52,101 nucleotides of DNA from Pseudoxanthomonas sp. (GCA_052040085.1 JBQGFJ010000293.1:1-52101), one strand, 5' to 3'; counted from the first letter of the stretch, positions 8,586 through 18,065 are shown. Program-made: numbers and translations. Notes: generated by a model from the letters alone, not told the origin.

Positions 8586-10751
8586 TCAGTCGCCGATGCT
8601 GGCCGGCAAGGCCACATCCACCAACGTGATCGGCAAATCACGCCGACCGACAGCCTGATTGCCGCTGGCATCCTCACCATGGATACGGATGAAGTAATCC
8701 CCCACCGGCAGCTCCGATGGCTCCCAATGCGACACCGCCAGTTCATCGGCACGCACGCGATTGCTCACCACGTACAGGAAGCGCGTACGCGCGGCACCGT
8801 GCACGGTGATGCCGCTGTCGGCGGCATAGGCCACCTTCACCGCATCCGGATGCGCAGGCATGCGCGAGAAATCGAGATTGACGAGTGGCTGTTCGTATCC
8901 CGGCACCGGCGTGCCATTGGCATCCAGCAACTGGTAACCCAGCTTGTGCAGGCCAAGCCGACGACGCGGCAGGTTGTTGTCCACCTGGTCCCAGGCATCG
9001 GCCACGATCTGCACGCCACCGTCGCGTGGCACGATCACGCGCCCACGTTCCCGCACATCGATGGGCTGGTCGAAGGCATCCAGCAGCAACACCTGTTCGA
9101 TCCGCGGCGGCACATGGTCGGCGTAATTGCGGAAACCCAGCCGCACGGCATTGTGTTGGTGCCCATACGGACCGACGATCAAGTGCACGTGTGCCTGTGC
9201 ATTGATGCTGCCCAGCGGATCGCCCGCCTGGAAGCGCGTGCCGCGTGGAATGCGGACGCGCGAAGGCCGTCCATCATCGCCCATCAGCAGTTGGAAGCGT
9301 GACGGATCCAGATTGCGCCCTTGCGGCGTACGGCCAACCCGCATGTGCACATAGGAAAGTTCATCCACCGCGATGCCTTCGGCCTGTCCGCCGAAACTCC
9401 AGGCCGTGGCCGGGCTGCTGACCTTGCCATCGGCAATGGCCAGTACGGTGGAACCCACGTCGCCGCGGATATCCAGCCCGTTGTGCAGGTGGCTGCGGCT
9501 TTCGCCACTGAAATTGCCACGCACTTCGCCCAGCGTGCCGACCACTTCATGCCAGCCATCCTGAGGCGCCAGCGGCCAGCGCTGGCGGGTATCGGGCAAG
9601 GCGCGTTCCGGTGCCGGACCCACCACCGCCGCTTCCAGCGATGCCGGCACCGCAGGATCGTCGACCGCGATGCGATGCAGGCGATGACCTGCCGCATCGG
9701 CCAGCAACAAGCTGCCATCGGGCTCCAGCCACAACGCCGATGGCCGCGCGAACCATTGCGTGGTGTCCGCACCGGTCAACACCCGCACATCGCCATCGGG
9801 GGTCAACTGCAGCACGCGGCCCGGCGAAAGCTCGGCCACATAGAGCTGCCCGTCATGGGTGACGGCGAGCGACAACGGACGGCCCAGGCCAACGTCCTGC
9901 CCAAGCGAGGGTTTCGGCTGCCAGGTGTGCACGAATCCGCCCAGGTCGATCCGACGCAGCGCACGATTGCTGGTATCGGCCACCCACAGATCGCCGTTGG
10001 GGGCCAAGGCAAGCGCGGCCGGTGTATCGAACCGCGCCTGATAGCCGGCGCCATCGGCGAAACCCGGCGCATCACCACCAGCCAGCGTGCGTACCACGCC
10101 ATCCAATCCGATCATGCGGATGCGATCGTTCCAACTGTCGGCCACGAACACGCGGCCCATGGCATCCACGGCTACGCCCATGGGCGCATGAAAGCGTGCC
10201 TGCGCGGCAGGACCATCGCGAAATCCCGCTTCGCCGGTACCCGCGAACGTAGTCACTTCGCCCAGCGGCGTGATCTTGCGGATCGCGTGGTTGCCGGTGT
10301 CGGCCACGTAGAGATTGCCAAGCGCATCGATGGCCAGCGACGAAGGCGTGTGGAACCTGGCCGCGCTGCCCGCGCCATCCGTGAAGCCTTCGCTGGATCC
10401 CGCGAACGTGATGACACTGCCATCTGTCGCAATGCGGCGAATGCGGTTGGCTTCACCGCCATCGGTGACGAACACACTGCCATCCGGTCCACGCACCACG
10501 CCCCAGGGTTCGTCGAAGCGCGCAGCGGATACCTGGCCGTCACGCACGCCGCGATGACCGTCACCTGCCAGCAGCGCAATGCGCGGCGCCCAATCAAACG
10601 GCGTGGCGGCTGGACCCGCATCGACCTGCGGAGACTCCCTCAGCGGCCCGATCCACAACGTCGCCACCAGCGCGAGCCCGGTCAGGACCGCTACCGCCCA
10701 CATCGCACGGCGCGCGCCCTTGCGCGGACCGCGCTCCATGCGCCGGTTCAA
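8586..10751 (-). CDS. NHL-repeat beta-propeller protein with a C-terminal M23-peptidase-like domain
   Basis: Repeats of G..GF.DG....ARF..P..A.D..G..YVAD..N..IR, then HNGLD (HxxxD) and HVH (HxH). N-terminal TM/signal. Start uncertain. Confidence 0.75.
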   Translation of the reverse strand: MNRRMERGPRKGARRAMWAVAVLTGLALVATLWIGPLRESPQVDAGPAATPFDWAPRIALLAGDGHRGVRDGQVSAARFDEPWGVVRGPDGSVFVTDGGEANRIRRIATDGSVITFAGSSEGFTDGAGSAARFHTPSSLAIDALGNLYVADTGNHAIRKITPLGEVTTFAGTGEAGFRDGPAAQARFHAPMGVAVDAMGRVFVADSWNDRIRMIGLDGVVRTLAGGDAPGFADGAGYQARFDTPAALALAPNGDLWVADTSNRALRRIDLGGFVHTWQPKPSLGQDVGLGRPLSLAVTHDGQLYVAELSPGRVLQLTPDGDVRVLTGADTTQWFARPSALWLEPDGSLLLADAAGHRLHRIAVDDPAVPASLEAAVVGPAPERALPDTRQRWPLAPQDGWHEVVGTLGEVRGNFSGESRSHLHNGLDIRGDVGSTVLAIADGKVSSPATAWSFGGQAEGIAVDELSYVHMRVGRTPQGRNLDPSRFQLLMGDDGRPSRVRIPRGTRFQAGDPLGSINAQAHVHLIVGPYGHQHNAVRLGFRNYADHVPPRIEQVLLLDAFDQPIDVRERGRVIVPRDGGVQIVADAWDQVDNNLPRRRLGLHKLGYQLLDANGTPVPGYEQPLVNLDFSRMPAHPDAVKVAYAADSGITVHGAARTRFLYVVSNRVRADELAVSHWEPSELPVGDYFIRIHGEDASGNQAVGRRDLPITLVDVALPASIGD

Positions 10752-11917
10752 TCCACCACGCGGCAGAACACTGCCTTGAGGTAACGCGATTCCTGCACGT
10801 GCGCCATGAACGGATGGTCAGGACCGGCACCAGCCACCTTGAGGATCTGGATGGTGCGGCCGGAGAAATACGCGGCCCGGCGCAGCATGTCGAGGAACTG
10901 CTCCTCGCTGACCAACCCGGTGCAGGAGAAGGTGGCGAACAGGCCGCCCGGCTTCACCACGCCGAGCGCCAGCTTGTTCATGTCCAGGTATTTCTTCAGC
11001 GCGGTGATGACCTGTTCGCGGTCACGGGTCATTTTGGCCGGATCCAGGATCACCACGTCGTACTGCTCGCCGCGATTGGCCGCATCACGCAGGTACGGGA
11101 AGATGTCCGCCTGCACGAATTTCGGGCGCGCGTTGTTCAACTTCGCATTGCCCTTGGCGATCTGGATCACGTCCTGGTCGATGTCCACGCCAATGACGTC
11201 GGACGCACCGCGCACAGCGGCATACACCGCGAAGCCGCCGGTGTTGCAGCACAGGTCCAGCACGCTCTTGCCTTCCACCTGCTGCGACAGCCACTGCCGG
11301 TTCTCGCGCTGGTCGGCAAAGAAGCCGGTCTTGTGTGCGCCCGCCGGATCGGCGCGGAAACGGATGCCATGTTCGGTGATGACCGCGGCTTCGGTGGTGG
11401 TATTGCCGTGGAAGTCGAAGCTTTCCTGCTTCTGCACGTGTTCGTCGGCGAAGCTGTGGAAGCGGCAGCCGGGGAATTGTTCGCGCAGCGCTTCGTAGAT
11501 CCATTCGCGGTGGCGGAACATGCCGGCCGCGAAGAACTCCACCACGATCAAATCGCCATAGCGGTCCACCACCAGTCCGGACAAGCCATCGCCTTCGGAA
11601 TGGACCACGCGCCAGGCATCACTGATTGCATCCAGCTTCAGCACGTCACGGCGCAGCGATACCGCCTCGGCAATCTTGCGCGAGAACCAGCCGGCATCCA
11701 CCGGCACGTCCGGATGGGTTTCCAGGATGCGCACGGCAATGCGCGAATGGCCGTTGTAGAAACCGCGCCCGATCCATTCGCCATCCACGCCGACGACTTC
11801 GACGATGGTGCCGGGCTTGGGCTTCTGCGCGGGCTTCTCCACCAGCTTCTGGAAGATCCACGGGTGGCTGGAGCGCCAGGCGTTCTTGAGACGGACAACG
11901 GGATTGGGCGTATTCAT
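10748..11917 (-). CDS. rlmI: RlmI-like class I SAM-dependent rRNA methyltransferase
   Basis: SHPWIF, HSEGDGLSGLVVDRY, KTGFFADQRENR, VLDLCCNTGGF, ILDP, FSC, DHP. Confidence 0.85.
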   Translation of the reverse strand: MNTPNPVVRLKNAWRSSHPWIFQKLVEKPAQKPKPGTIVEVVGVDGEWIGRGFYNGHSRIAVRILETHPDVPVDAGWFSRKIAEAVSLRRDVLKLDAISDAWRVVHSEGDGLSGLVVDRYGDLIVVEFFAAGMFRHREWIYEALREQFPGCRFHSFADEHVQKQESFDFHGNTTTEAAVITEHGIRFRADPAGAHKTGFFADQRENRQWLSQQVEGKSVLDLCCNTGGFAVYAAVRGASDVIGVDIDQDVIQIAKGNAKLNNARPKFVQADIFPYLRDAANRGEQYDVVILDPAKMTRDREQVITALKKYLDMNKLALGVVKPGGLFATFSCTGLVSEEQFLDMLRRAAYFSGRTIQILKVAGAGPDHPFMAHVQESRYLKAVFCRVVD

Positions 11918-11938
11918 CCCGGCATTTTACGCCCTTGA

Positions 11939-12097
11939 CCCTTCTCCCTCCGGGAGAAGGTGCCCGTAGGGCGGATGAGGGAGGAGCCCCTCCGCATGCC
12001 GCGTACTTTCCATGGGCCCATGACCTGCCCCCTCATCCGGCGCCATGTGCCACCCCCGCCTTCGCGGGGGCAGGCTCTTCTCCCGGAGGGAGAAGGG
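11939..12097. repeat. Inverted REP pair of CCCTCATCCG...CTTCTCCC.GGGAGAAGGG type, second copy interrupted
   Basis: Copy 1 at 11939-11981; inverted copy 2 at 12030-12097 with an extra hairpin at 12053-12076. Confidence 0.8.
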
Positions 12098-12140
12098 AGT
12101 GCGCCCTTGCAATTCCGTCCTACGCCGCCATCCACGGGGG

Positions 12141-12929
12141 ATGGACCTGCACGAACACGACACCCCGCACGACCCGGAGACCCAGGGCCGGATCGACCGC
12201 CGCCGCATCCTGCGCGCACTCAATGCCAGCCTGGCCTTCGTGCTGGTGCTGGTGATGGTGTTCTTCGCCCAGGCGCATGTCGACTGGCGACCGTTCGCGG
12301 TGGGGCCGCGCAGCGTGGAAGGGCTGCTGGGCGTACTGACCGCGCCGTTGTTGCACGGCTCTCTGGAACACATTGCCGCCAATGCCACCTCGCTGCTGAT
12401 CCTCGGCACCCTGGCCGGCAGCGTCTACCCGCGTGCGACGCTGCGCGCCTTGCCACTGATGTGGCTGGGCTCCGGCCTGGGCGCGTGGTGGCTGGGCGAC
12501 CCCGGCAGCCATCACCTGGGCGCCAGCGGCGTGACCCATGGCCTGATGCTGCTGCTGTTCACCCTGGGCCTGCTGCGCCGCGACCGATCCGCCATTGCCA
12601 CCGGCATGATCGCGTTCTTCTTCTACGGCGGCATGCTGCTGACCGTGCTGCCGCACGAGCCCGGCGTGTCCTGGCAATCGCACTTGGGCGGCGCGCTGGG
12701 TGGCATCCTGGGCGCCTTCCTGTTCCGCCGGCTGGACCCGGCTTTGCCACGCAAGCGCTATAGCTGGGAGATCGAGGAAGAGGAAGCCCGGCGCATCGAC
12801 GAAGAACTGGAGCCGCCCGCACCTGACGAGGTCCCGGTGCTGTGGTACCGCGAGGACGGCCAGGAACAGCGCGGCGTGGTGCTGCAATTCCCCCCCCGCC
12901 CGGACCCGCGCGACGAACCTCCGCGCTGA
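12141..12929 (+). CDS. Rhomboid-family intramembrane serine protease
   Basis: H...HI..N, GASG (catalytic Ser), SHLGG (catalytic His), multiple TMs. Confidence 0.9.
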   Translation: MDLHEHDTPHDPETQGRIDRRRILRALNASLAFVLVLVMVFFAQAHVDWRPFAVGPRSVEGLLGVLTAPLLHGSLEHIAANATSLLILGTLAGSVYPRATLRALPLMWLGSGLGAWWLGDPGSHHLGASGVTHGLMLLLFTLGLLRRDRSAIATGMIAFFFYGGMLLTVLPHEPGVSWQSHLGGALGGILGAFLFRRLDPALPRKRYSWEIEEEEARRIDEELEPPAPDEVPVLWYREDGQEQRGVVLQFPPRPDPRDEPPR

Positions 12930-13031
12930 GTTTCCAAAGCCTGCGAGCGAGCGACAACACGGATTCCAGTCGGGCACCGTTCCGGGAACGGCGGCTATCC
13001 TCCGCCGTTCCGTCCCCCAAGCCCTGCCGCG

Positions 13032-14072
13032 ATGACTTCGCATCGTCTTCCCCGCCTGCTGCCCCTGTTGTTGGCCACCGCCTGGCTGGCCGCCTGCACC
13101 GGCAACACCCGGCCTGCACCCCCGGCCGAACCGGTACCTGCTCCCACCCTGGCTCCCACGCCCGCCCCGGTCCGGGTTGGTTTGGCACTGGGCGGTGGCG
13201 CGGCCAAGGGCTTCGCCCACATCGGCGTGATCAAGATGCTGGAGGCCAACGGCATCGAACCGGTGGTGGTAGCCGGAACCAGCGCCGGCAGCGTGGTCGG
13301 CGCGTTGTACGCCAGCGGCATGGATCCGTTCCAGATGCAGCAGCAGGCCGTGGCGCTGGACGAAGCCAAGCTCCGCGACGTGCGCCTGTTCTCCGGTGGT
13401 CTGGTGCAGGGCCGCAAGCTGCAGGATTACGTCAACGAGATGGTGGGCAACCGCTCCATCCAGGATTTGCAGAAACCCTTCGCCGCCGTCTCCACCCGCT
13501 TGGAAGACGGAGAGCGCACCGTGTTCGTGCGAGGCAACACCGGCCAGGCCGTGCGTGCGTCCAGCAGCATCCCGGGCGTGTTCGAACCGGTACTGATCGG
13601 ACAATCGAATTACGTGGACGGTGGCATCGTCAGCCCGGTCCCGGTGGACGCCGCCAAGCGTCTGGGCGCGGACTTCGTCATCGCGGTGGACATCTCCAGC
13701 AAGGCCAGCGGCAAGAAACCCACGCACATGCTGGGCATCGTCAACCAGTCCATCGGCATCATGGGACAGAAACTCGGCGCCCAGGAACTGGCCCGCGCCG
13801 ACGTGGTGATCCGCCCGCAGGTCAACGACATCGGCCCCGCCGATTTCGAACAGCGCAGCAACGCCATCCTGGAAGGCGAGAAAGCCGCCTTGGCCGCACT
13901 GCCGCAGATCCGCGAGAAACTGGCCGAACTGGAACGCAAACGCTTGGCGGCACTCACCCCGCCACCGTCACCATCGCCGCAATGCGGGCAGGAAACCTCG
14001 CGCTGGGCAAGGCTGGTGGGCAGGGAAGGGCGTTGCGAAGCGGATACCAGCGACGCTGGTACCCGTCCGTAA
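13032..14072 (+). CDS. Patatin-like phospholipase lipoprotein
   Basis: Lipobox LAAC, GGGAAKG, GTSAG, DGG. Confidence 0.9.
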   Translation: MTSHRLPRLLPLLLATAWLAACTGNTRPAPPAEPVPAPTLAPTPAPVRVGLALGGGAAKGFAHIGVIKMLEANGIEPVVVAGTSAGSVVGALYASGMDPFQMQQQAVALDEAKLRDVRLFSGGLVQGRKLQDYVNEMVGNRSIQDLQKPFAAVSTRLEDGERTVFVRGNTGQAVRASSSIPGVFEPVLIGQSNYVDGGIVSPVPVDAAKRLGADFVIAVDISSKASGKKPTHMLGIVNQSIGIMGQKLGAQELARADVVIRPQVNDIGPADFEQRSNAILEGEKAALAALPQIREKLAELERKRLAALTPPPSPSPQCGQETSRWARLVGREGRCEADTSDAGTRP

Positions 14073-14160
14073 TCAACATATCCCTTATGGATAACAAACC
14101 GGCAGTCAGTTCATGCTTCAGCGCTGCAATCATGCAGGCCATCAACTTCCGCACTGCCGG

Positions 14161-14280
14161 TGACGTCAATCAGGAAGCCAATAATCTGCTCTTCGGAAAA
14201 GCGCTTCTTCACGTCCAATCTCCTTCTCGTTGGGGATTGGACTTCAAATTGATCTGCTACTCGAAAATGGAGGGACGTCG
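14161..14280 (-). mobile_element. Remnant of an IS3-family (IS407-group-like) element: left end plus the first 14 codons of OrfA
   Basis: Minus strand has GACGTCCCTCCATTTT...GTAGCA...AAGGAGATTGGAC then GTG at 14212 encoding MKKRFSEEQIIGFL. Similarity then ends at GACGTCA. Confidence 0.75.
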
Positions 14281-14401
14281 GTCAACTCGATTGCCAGCGT
14301 GAAGCGTCGGTACGGATAGAGACGCGGGTCCGGCGACTCGATTGAAGTAATGTCGCTTTGTGGGATGATTCAATCCAGGGAAGGGACACCGGGGAAATGG
14401 A

Positions 14402-14623
14402 ATGGCAGCGTTGGCTTACTTTGGACTTTTCATATTCATCCTTGGCGCGATCGGAACCCTCATCGCCGCCTTCAAGACAAGTCTCCTGTGGGGGCTTGGG
14501 TGCCTGCTCATCGCACCCGTCTCCTTGGTCTTCCTGGTCTTGCACTGGGATGTCGCAAAGAATCCATTCTTTCTTCAACTGATTGGCCTTGCCCTCGCCT
14601 TCCTGGGCAGCAACGCAGCATGA
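14402..14623 (+). CDS. Small hypothetical membrane protein (73 aa)
   Basis: Three hydrophobic segments; ATGA overlap with the next gene. Confidence 0.7.
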   Translation: MAALAYFGLFIFILGAIGTLIAAFKTSLLWGLGCLLIAPVSLVFLVLHWDVAKNPFFLQLIGLALAFLGSNAA

Positions 14624-14886
14624 GAAACTTGTTCATACTTGCCTTGCTGGGTGCAATCGTCTGGTTTGGTTACGGGCAGTACAAGTCCAAGCTTTCCATG
14701 AAAGCCCCTATTGCCAACGCTACCAGTGAACGGCCCGCATCGCCCACATTCACATGCGACGGACGAACCCATTGCTCACATATGCGGTCGTGTGCAGAGG
14801 CCACGTATTTCATTAAGCACTGCCCCAACACGAAGATGGATGGTGACAATGATGGAGTTCCCTGCGAAAGACAGTGGTGCAATTGA
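14620..14886 (+). CDS. Excalibur calcium-binding domain protein
   Basis: N-terminal TM, then CDGRTHCSHMRSCAEA...CPNTKMDGDNDGVPCE. Confidence 0.85.
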   Translation: MRNLFILALLGAIVWFGYGQYKSKLSMKAPIANATSERPASPTFTCDGRTHCSHMRSCAEATYFIKHCPNTKMDGDNDGVPCERQWCN

Positions 14887-14971
14887 TCGTCACCCATGAC
14901 TCATCAAGGCGATTCCACGTCCCGGAAGAACATGTTTCAACAACAGGCAACTAAACATCGAGACACGCTCA

Positions 14972-15271
14972 ATGAAACCTACTGAAACAGCAGCCGATCA
15001 AAAGGCAAAGTTGCATCAAGATGCTATCCGCAAACTTGATCTCCTCTCGGAAAAAATTGATTCAGGCGAGTTGACCTTTGAAGAAGGCATTGCAAAATCG
15101 GAAAAATATCTCGAACAGGTTCATGTCCAAAACATGGCTCTTTCGGAGGAACACCAACGTGAATTGCAGCGATCAAATCGTCGAAGAAAACTCATCACGA
15201 TCGTTGGATTCCTTGCATTGGCATACCTTGCCTTCCAGCTCTATGTACTCTTCACTGGCCCAGCGCCCTGA
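14972..15271 (+). CDS. Hypothetical protein with a C-terminal TM
   Basis: 99-aa ORF, helical N-terminal part plus a basic patch and TM; lower GC. Confidence 0.55.
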   Translation: MKPTETAADQKAKLHQDAIRKLDLLSEKIDSGELTFEEGIAKSEKYLEQVHVQNMALSEEHQRELQRSNRRRKLITIVGFLALAYLAFQLYVLFTGPAP

Positions 15272-15443
15272 CCGATCAACTACGGCCCGGCTCGGCCAAG
15301 AAACTTTGGCCAACAGGCTGGCATCATCCCGTGCTTCCACGCGCAGCCAACAAAAGTGAAATGCGCATATCTCAAAACTCGCCGATACTAGCGATGACCT
15401 TGTTACATCAGTCCACCCAGGAAAGAGACTGCCGAAAGAACCA

Positions 15444-15755
15444 ATGACGTCAGAACTACCTACATCTTCCGACGCGAACAAAATCCAACGCCTGCCTTCG
15501 TGGCCAGTTCCGGTTGGCTTCCTTGCGTATTTTTCCTTGTTCTACTATTTCGCAAATTCCGGCATGACCATTCCGGCCATGGCTTTCGGTTTCATCGGGC
15601 TACCGGTCTTCATCCTCGCTTCTTTATGCAGCATCTTCGTGCTCTCCCGCTTGGCACTCGGCGGATACAAGGGTCGTCTTTCATGGTTCGGATTGCTCGC
15701 CTGGCTTGGCGTTGCCGCACTTTGCGTAACCATGCTTGTAGTAACCGTGCGCTAG
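15444..15755 (+). CDS. Hypothetical membrane protein
   Basis: 103-aa ORF with three hydrophobic segments; lower GC. Confidence 0.55.
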   Translation: MTSELPTSSDANKIQRLPSWPVPVGFLAYFSLFYYFANSGMTIPAMAFGFIGLPVFILASLCSIFVLSRLALGGYKGRLSWFGLLAWLGVAALCVTMLVVTVR

Positions 15756-15814
15756 ACAGGGTTCACTTGCTGGACCAGAGCATGGACCCACTCCGGGAGC
15801 AGCTTGTGCTTGCC

Positions 15815-16168
15815 TCACTGCCCGCCACTGAACTCCTCGAACGCCGCCAGCGCATTGGCGGCATACATCAGCGAGGGACCACCGCCCATGTAGACGGCGA
15901 CGCCAAGCATTTCGCGGAACTCTTCCGGCGTTGCACCCAACCGCACCAGCGCCTTGGCGTGGAAGCCTAGGCAGGCGTCGCATCGGGCGGCCACGCCAAT
16001 CGCCATGGCAATCAGTTCTTTGGTCTTTTCGTCCAGTACACCCGGCGCCATCGCCGCCTTGCTCAGTGCGCCGAAGCCCTGCATGACGTCCGCGTTGTGG
16101 GTGCGCAGCGGGGTCAGGTTCTTCGATACGTTGCGGGTCAGGTCGTTGTAGGAATCAATGGCGGACAT
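15815..16168 (-). CDS. Carboxymuconolactone decarboxylase / AhpD-family protein
   Basis: LDEKTKELIAMAIGVAARCDACLGFH (CxxC...H), MGGGP; RBS GGAG. Confidence 0.88.
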   Translation of the reverse strand: MSAIDSYNDLTRNVSKNLTPLRTHNADVMQGFGALSKAAMAPGVLDEKTKELIAMAIGVAARCDACLGFHAKALVRLGATPEEFREMLGVAVYMGGGPSLMYAANALAAFEEFSGGQ

Positions 16169-16292
16169 GGATGTCTCCGTGTTTGGGAAAAGGAAGGGAT
16201 TGCCACTCCGGCAGGCTTGCCATGATCTGGCACCGTGCGAATGACGTTGGAAGGGACACATCAGCAACACCCGGACATGCCGGATGCTGCGG

Positions 16293-16928
16293 CTATTCGG
16301 CAGGCTTGCGTGCCACCAGCTCGATGAGTGCGGACATGCCGGCATGGCCCTGGCCTTCGGCAAGCTCGCTGTCGTGTTGGTGCAAGTGCAGGATCTCCAT
16401 GCCGGTGAAGGCATCGCGCAGCAGTGCTTCGGTATAGAGGTTTTCCACCTGCTTCGGGCCGCCGGTGCCATACACCAGCTGCTCCGGACGATACCCTTGC
16501 AGGATCAGCAAGCCGCCCGGTTTCAGCGCCTGTCGCATGCCGGCGAACATGGCATCGCGCAGTACGGGCCCAGCGAACTGGATGAAGATGGCCGCCACCA
16601 CGTCGAAACGCGCATGGCCCCAGTCCCATTCGCCCAGGTCGGCCAGTTCGGCGGCGATGTGCACGTTCCGCGAGGCCGCCAGTTGCCGTGCCTTCTCCAG
16701 CCCGGTTTCCGCGGCATCCACCGACAACACGTCCAACCCTTGCTGGGCCAACCACACGCCGTTGCGGCCTTCGCCATCGGCCACGGCCAATGCGCGCATG
16801 CCGGCCTGCAAGCGGTGCGCCTGCGCCGCCAGGAATGCATTCGGTGCCGTGCCGAACACATAGTCGCCGGTGGCATAGCGCGTGTTCCAGCGCAGGGTGT
16901 CGGCTTTTTCCACGGAGCTATTGGTCAT
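16293..16928 (-). CDS. Class I SAM-dependent methyltransferase (TehB/TPMT-like)
   Basis: WNTRY...YVFGTAPN, ADGEGRNGVWLA, LKPGGLLIL. Confidence 0.85.
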   Translation of the reverse strand: MTNSSVEKADTLRWNTRYATGDYVFGTAPNAFLAAQAHRLQAGMRALAVADGEGRNGVWLAQQGLDVLSVDAAETGLEKARQLAASRNVHIAAELADLGEWDWGHARFDVVAAIFIQFAGPVLRDAMFAGMRQALKPGGLLILQGYRPEQLVYGTGGPKQVENLYTEALLRDAFTGMEILHLHQHDSELAEGQGHAGMSALIELVARKPAE

Positions 16929-17290
16929 GTGCGTTGCACCGGCAGTCCACTGTTCGCCCAGGCAGCCATGCCGCCCTCCACGTTCACATAGCGACGGCGC
17001 GCATCCTTGGACAGCGCGTTCTGCGCCATCCGCGAACGCATGCCGCTCTGGCAGATCAACAACACTTCGCCACTTTCCGGCGCAAGCTGCAGCGCATCCA
17101 GCGCCTCTGGGCCTTCGTTGCGGATGCGACCCAAAGGAACATGCCTTGCTGCGGGTGCATGCCCGTTGGTGTACTCGTTGCTTTCACGCACGTCCACCAG
17201 CTCCGCGCCGCGATTCATGCGCTGCACGGCTTCTCTTGGACCGATGCCCTCGCCGCCCATGCCGAACAGCGATTTGATGAATCCGATCAT
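16925..17290 (-). CDS. Single-domain rhodanese (sulfurtransferase)
   Basis: VDVRE..EY..GH, active loop CQSGMRS, GGMAAW. Confidence 0.9.
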   Translation of the reverse strand: MIGFIKSLFGMGGEGIGPREAVQRMNRGAELVDVRESNEYTNGHAPAARHVPLGRIRNEGPEALDALQLAPESGEVLLICQSGMRSRMAQNALSKDARRRYVNVEGGMAAWANSGLPVQRT

Positions 17291-17646
17291 TTGCCTGTCC
17301 TTTTTCCCGCCGGCTTGCGCGGGGCGCAGTAGATGCCATGCAGGGTATGGATCAATTCGAACGCCGGTCCCGGCGTCAACGAATAGTGGATGCTCTGCGC
17401 CTCGCGCCGGGTCTGCACCAGGCCCTCTTCGCGCAACAACGCCAGGTGCTGCGACAACGCCGACTGGCTCAAGTCCAGCAGCGCATTGAGTTCACCCACC
17501 GTGCGCTCGCCCTCGGCCAGCAGACACAGGATCATCAGCCGCTTTTCATTGGCCAATGCCTTGAGCAATTGCGCCGCTTCACTGGCATGGCCGCGCATGG
17601 CAGCCGGATCGATGTTCATGGCGACGGGGGCGGTGTTCTTGTTCAT
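17287..17646 (-). CDS. ArsR/SmtB repressor of the SqrR/BigR persulfide-sensing type
   Basis: Winged HTH (SQSALSQHLALLR) with Cys41 (MILCLL) and Cys107 (IYC). Confidence 0.88.
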   Translation of the reverse strand: MNKNTAPVAMNIDPAAMRGHASEAAQLLKALANEKRLMILCLLAEGERTVGELNALLDLSQSALSQHLALLREEGLVQTRREAQSIHYSLTPGPAFELIHTLHGIYCAPRKPAGKRTGK

Positions 17647-18047
17647 CGTGGCTCGGTGATTGCGGTAGTGACGGGCAAGCCAGCCTCACGCCAGGCAGTG
17701 ATACCGCCCGCCAGCGAAGACACCCGGCTGAAACCCAGTTGCTGCAGGCTGTCGGCGGCCAGGGCCGCGCGCCCGCCGGTCAGACAGTACACCACCAGCG
17801 GACGTGACTTCACCGCCAGCGACTCGCTGGTCACGCAGGCCATGGCCGGATGCGCCTCGATGCGGAATTCCAGTACGCCGCGCGGCAGGTTGATGGCGCC
17901 GGGCAAGTGGCCTGCGGCGTATTCGTCGGGTTCGCGCACGTCGATCAACACGCATTCACCCATGGGCGGTGCCTGCACTTCAACGGCGGGTATCTCCCGG
18001 ATGCGCTGGCGCGCAGCGGTAACCAGATCGTTGGCAGAGAGGGTCAT
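17643..18047 (-). CDS. Single-domain rhodanese (sulfurtransferase)
   Basis: IDVREPDEY..GHLPGA, active loop CLTGGRA, GGITAW; RBS GAGG. Confidence 0.9.
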   Translation of the reverse strand: MTLSANDLVTAARQRIREIPAVEVQAPPMGECVLIDVREPDEYAAGHLPGAINLPRGVLEFRIEAHPAMACVTSESLAVKSRPLVVYCLTGGRAALAADSLQQLGFSRVSSLAGGITAWREAGLPVTTAITEPR

Positions 18048-18065
18048 GGGATGTCCTCTTATTAG

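Noticed and set aside
14285-14344. 9-bp direct repeat ACTCGATTG
   Set aside because: Both copies lie on the same side of the IS remnant, so it is not a target-site duplication; could be chance
14886-15444. Possible integron attC sites between the islet ORFs
   Set aside because: No RYYYAAC...GTTRRRY bounded palindromes and no intI. The GGCTCGGCCAA at ~15289 is too weak alone.
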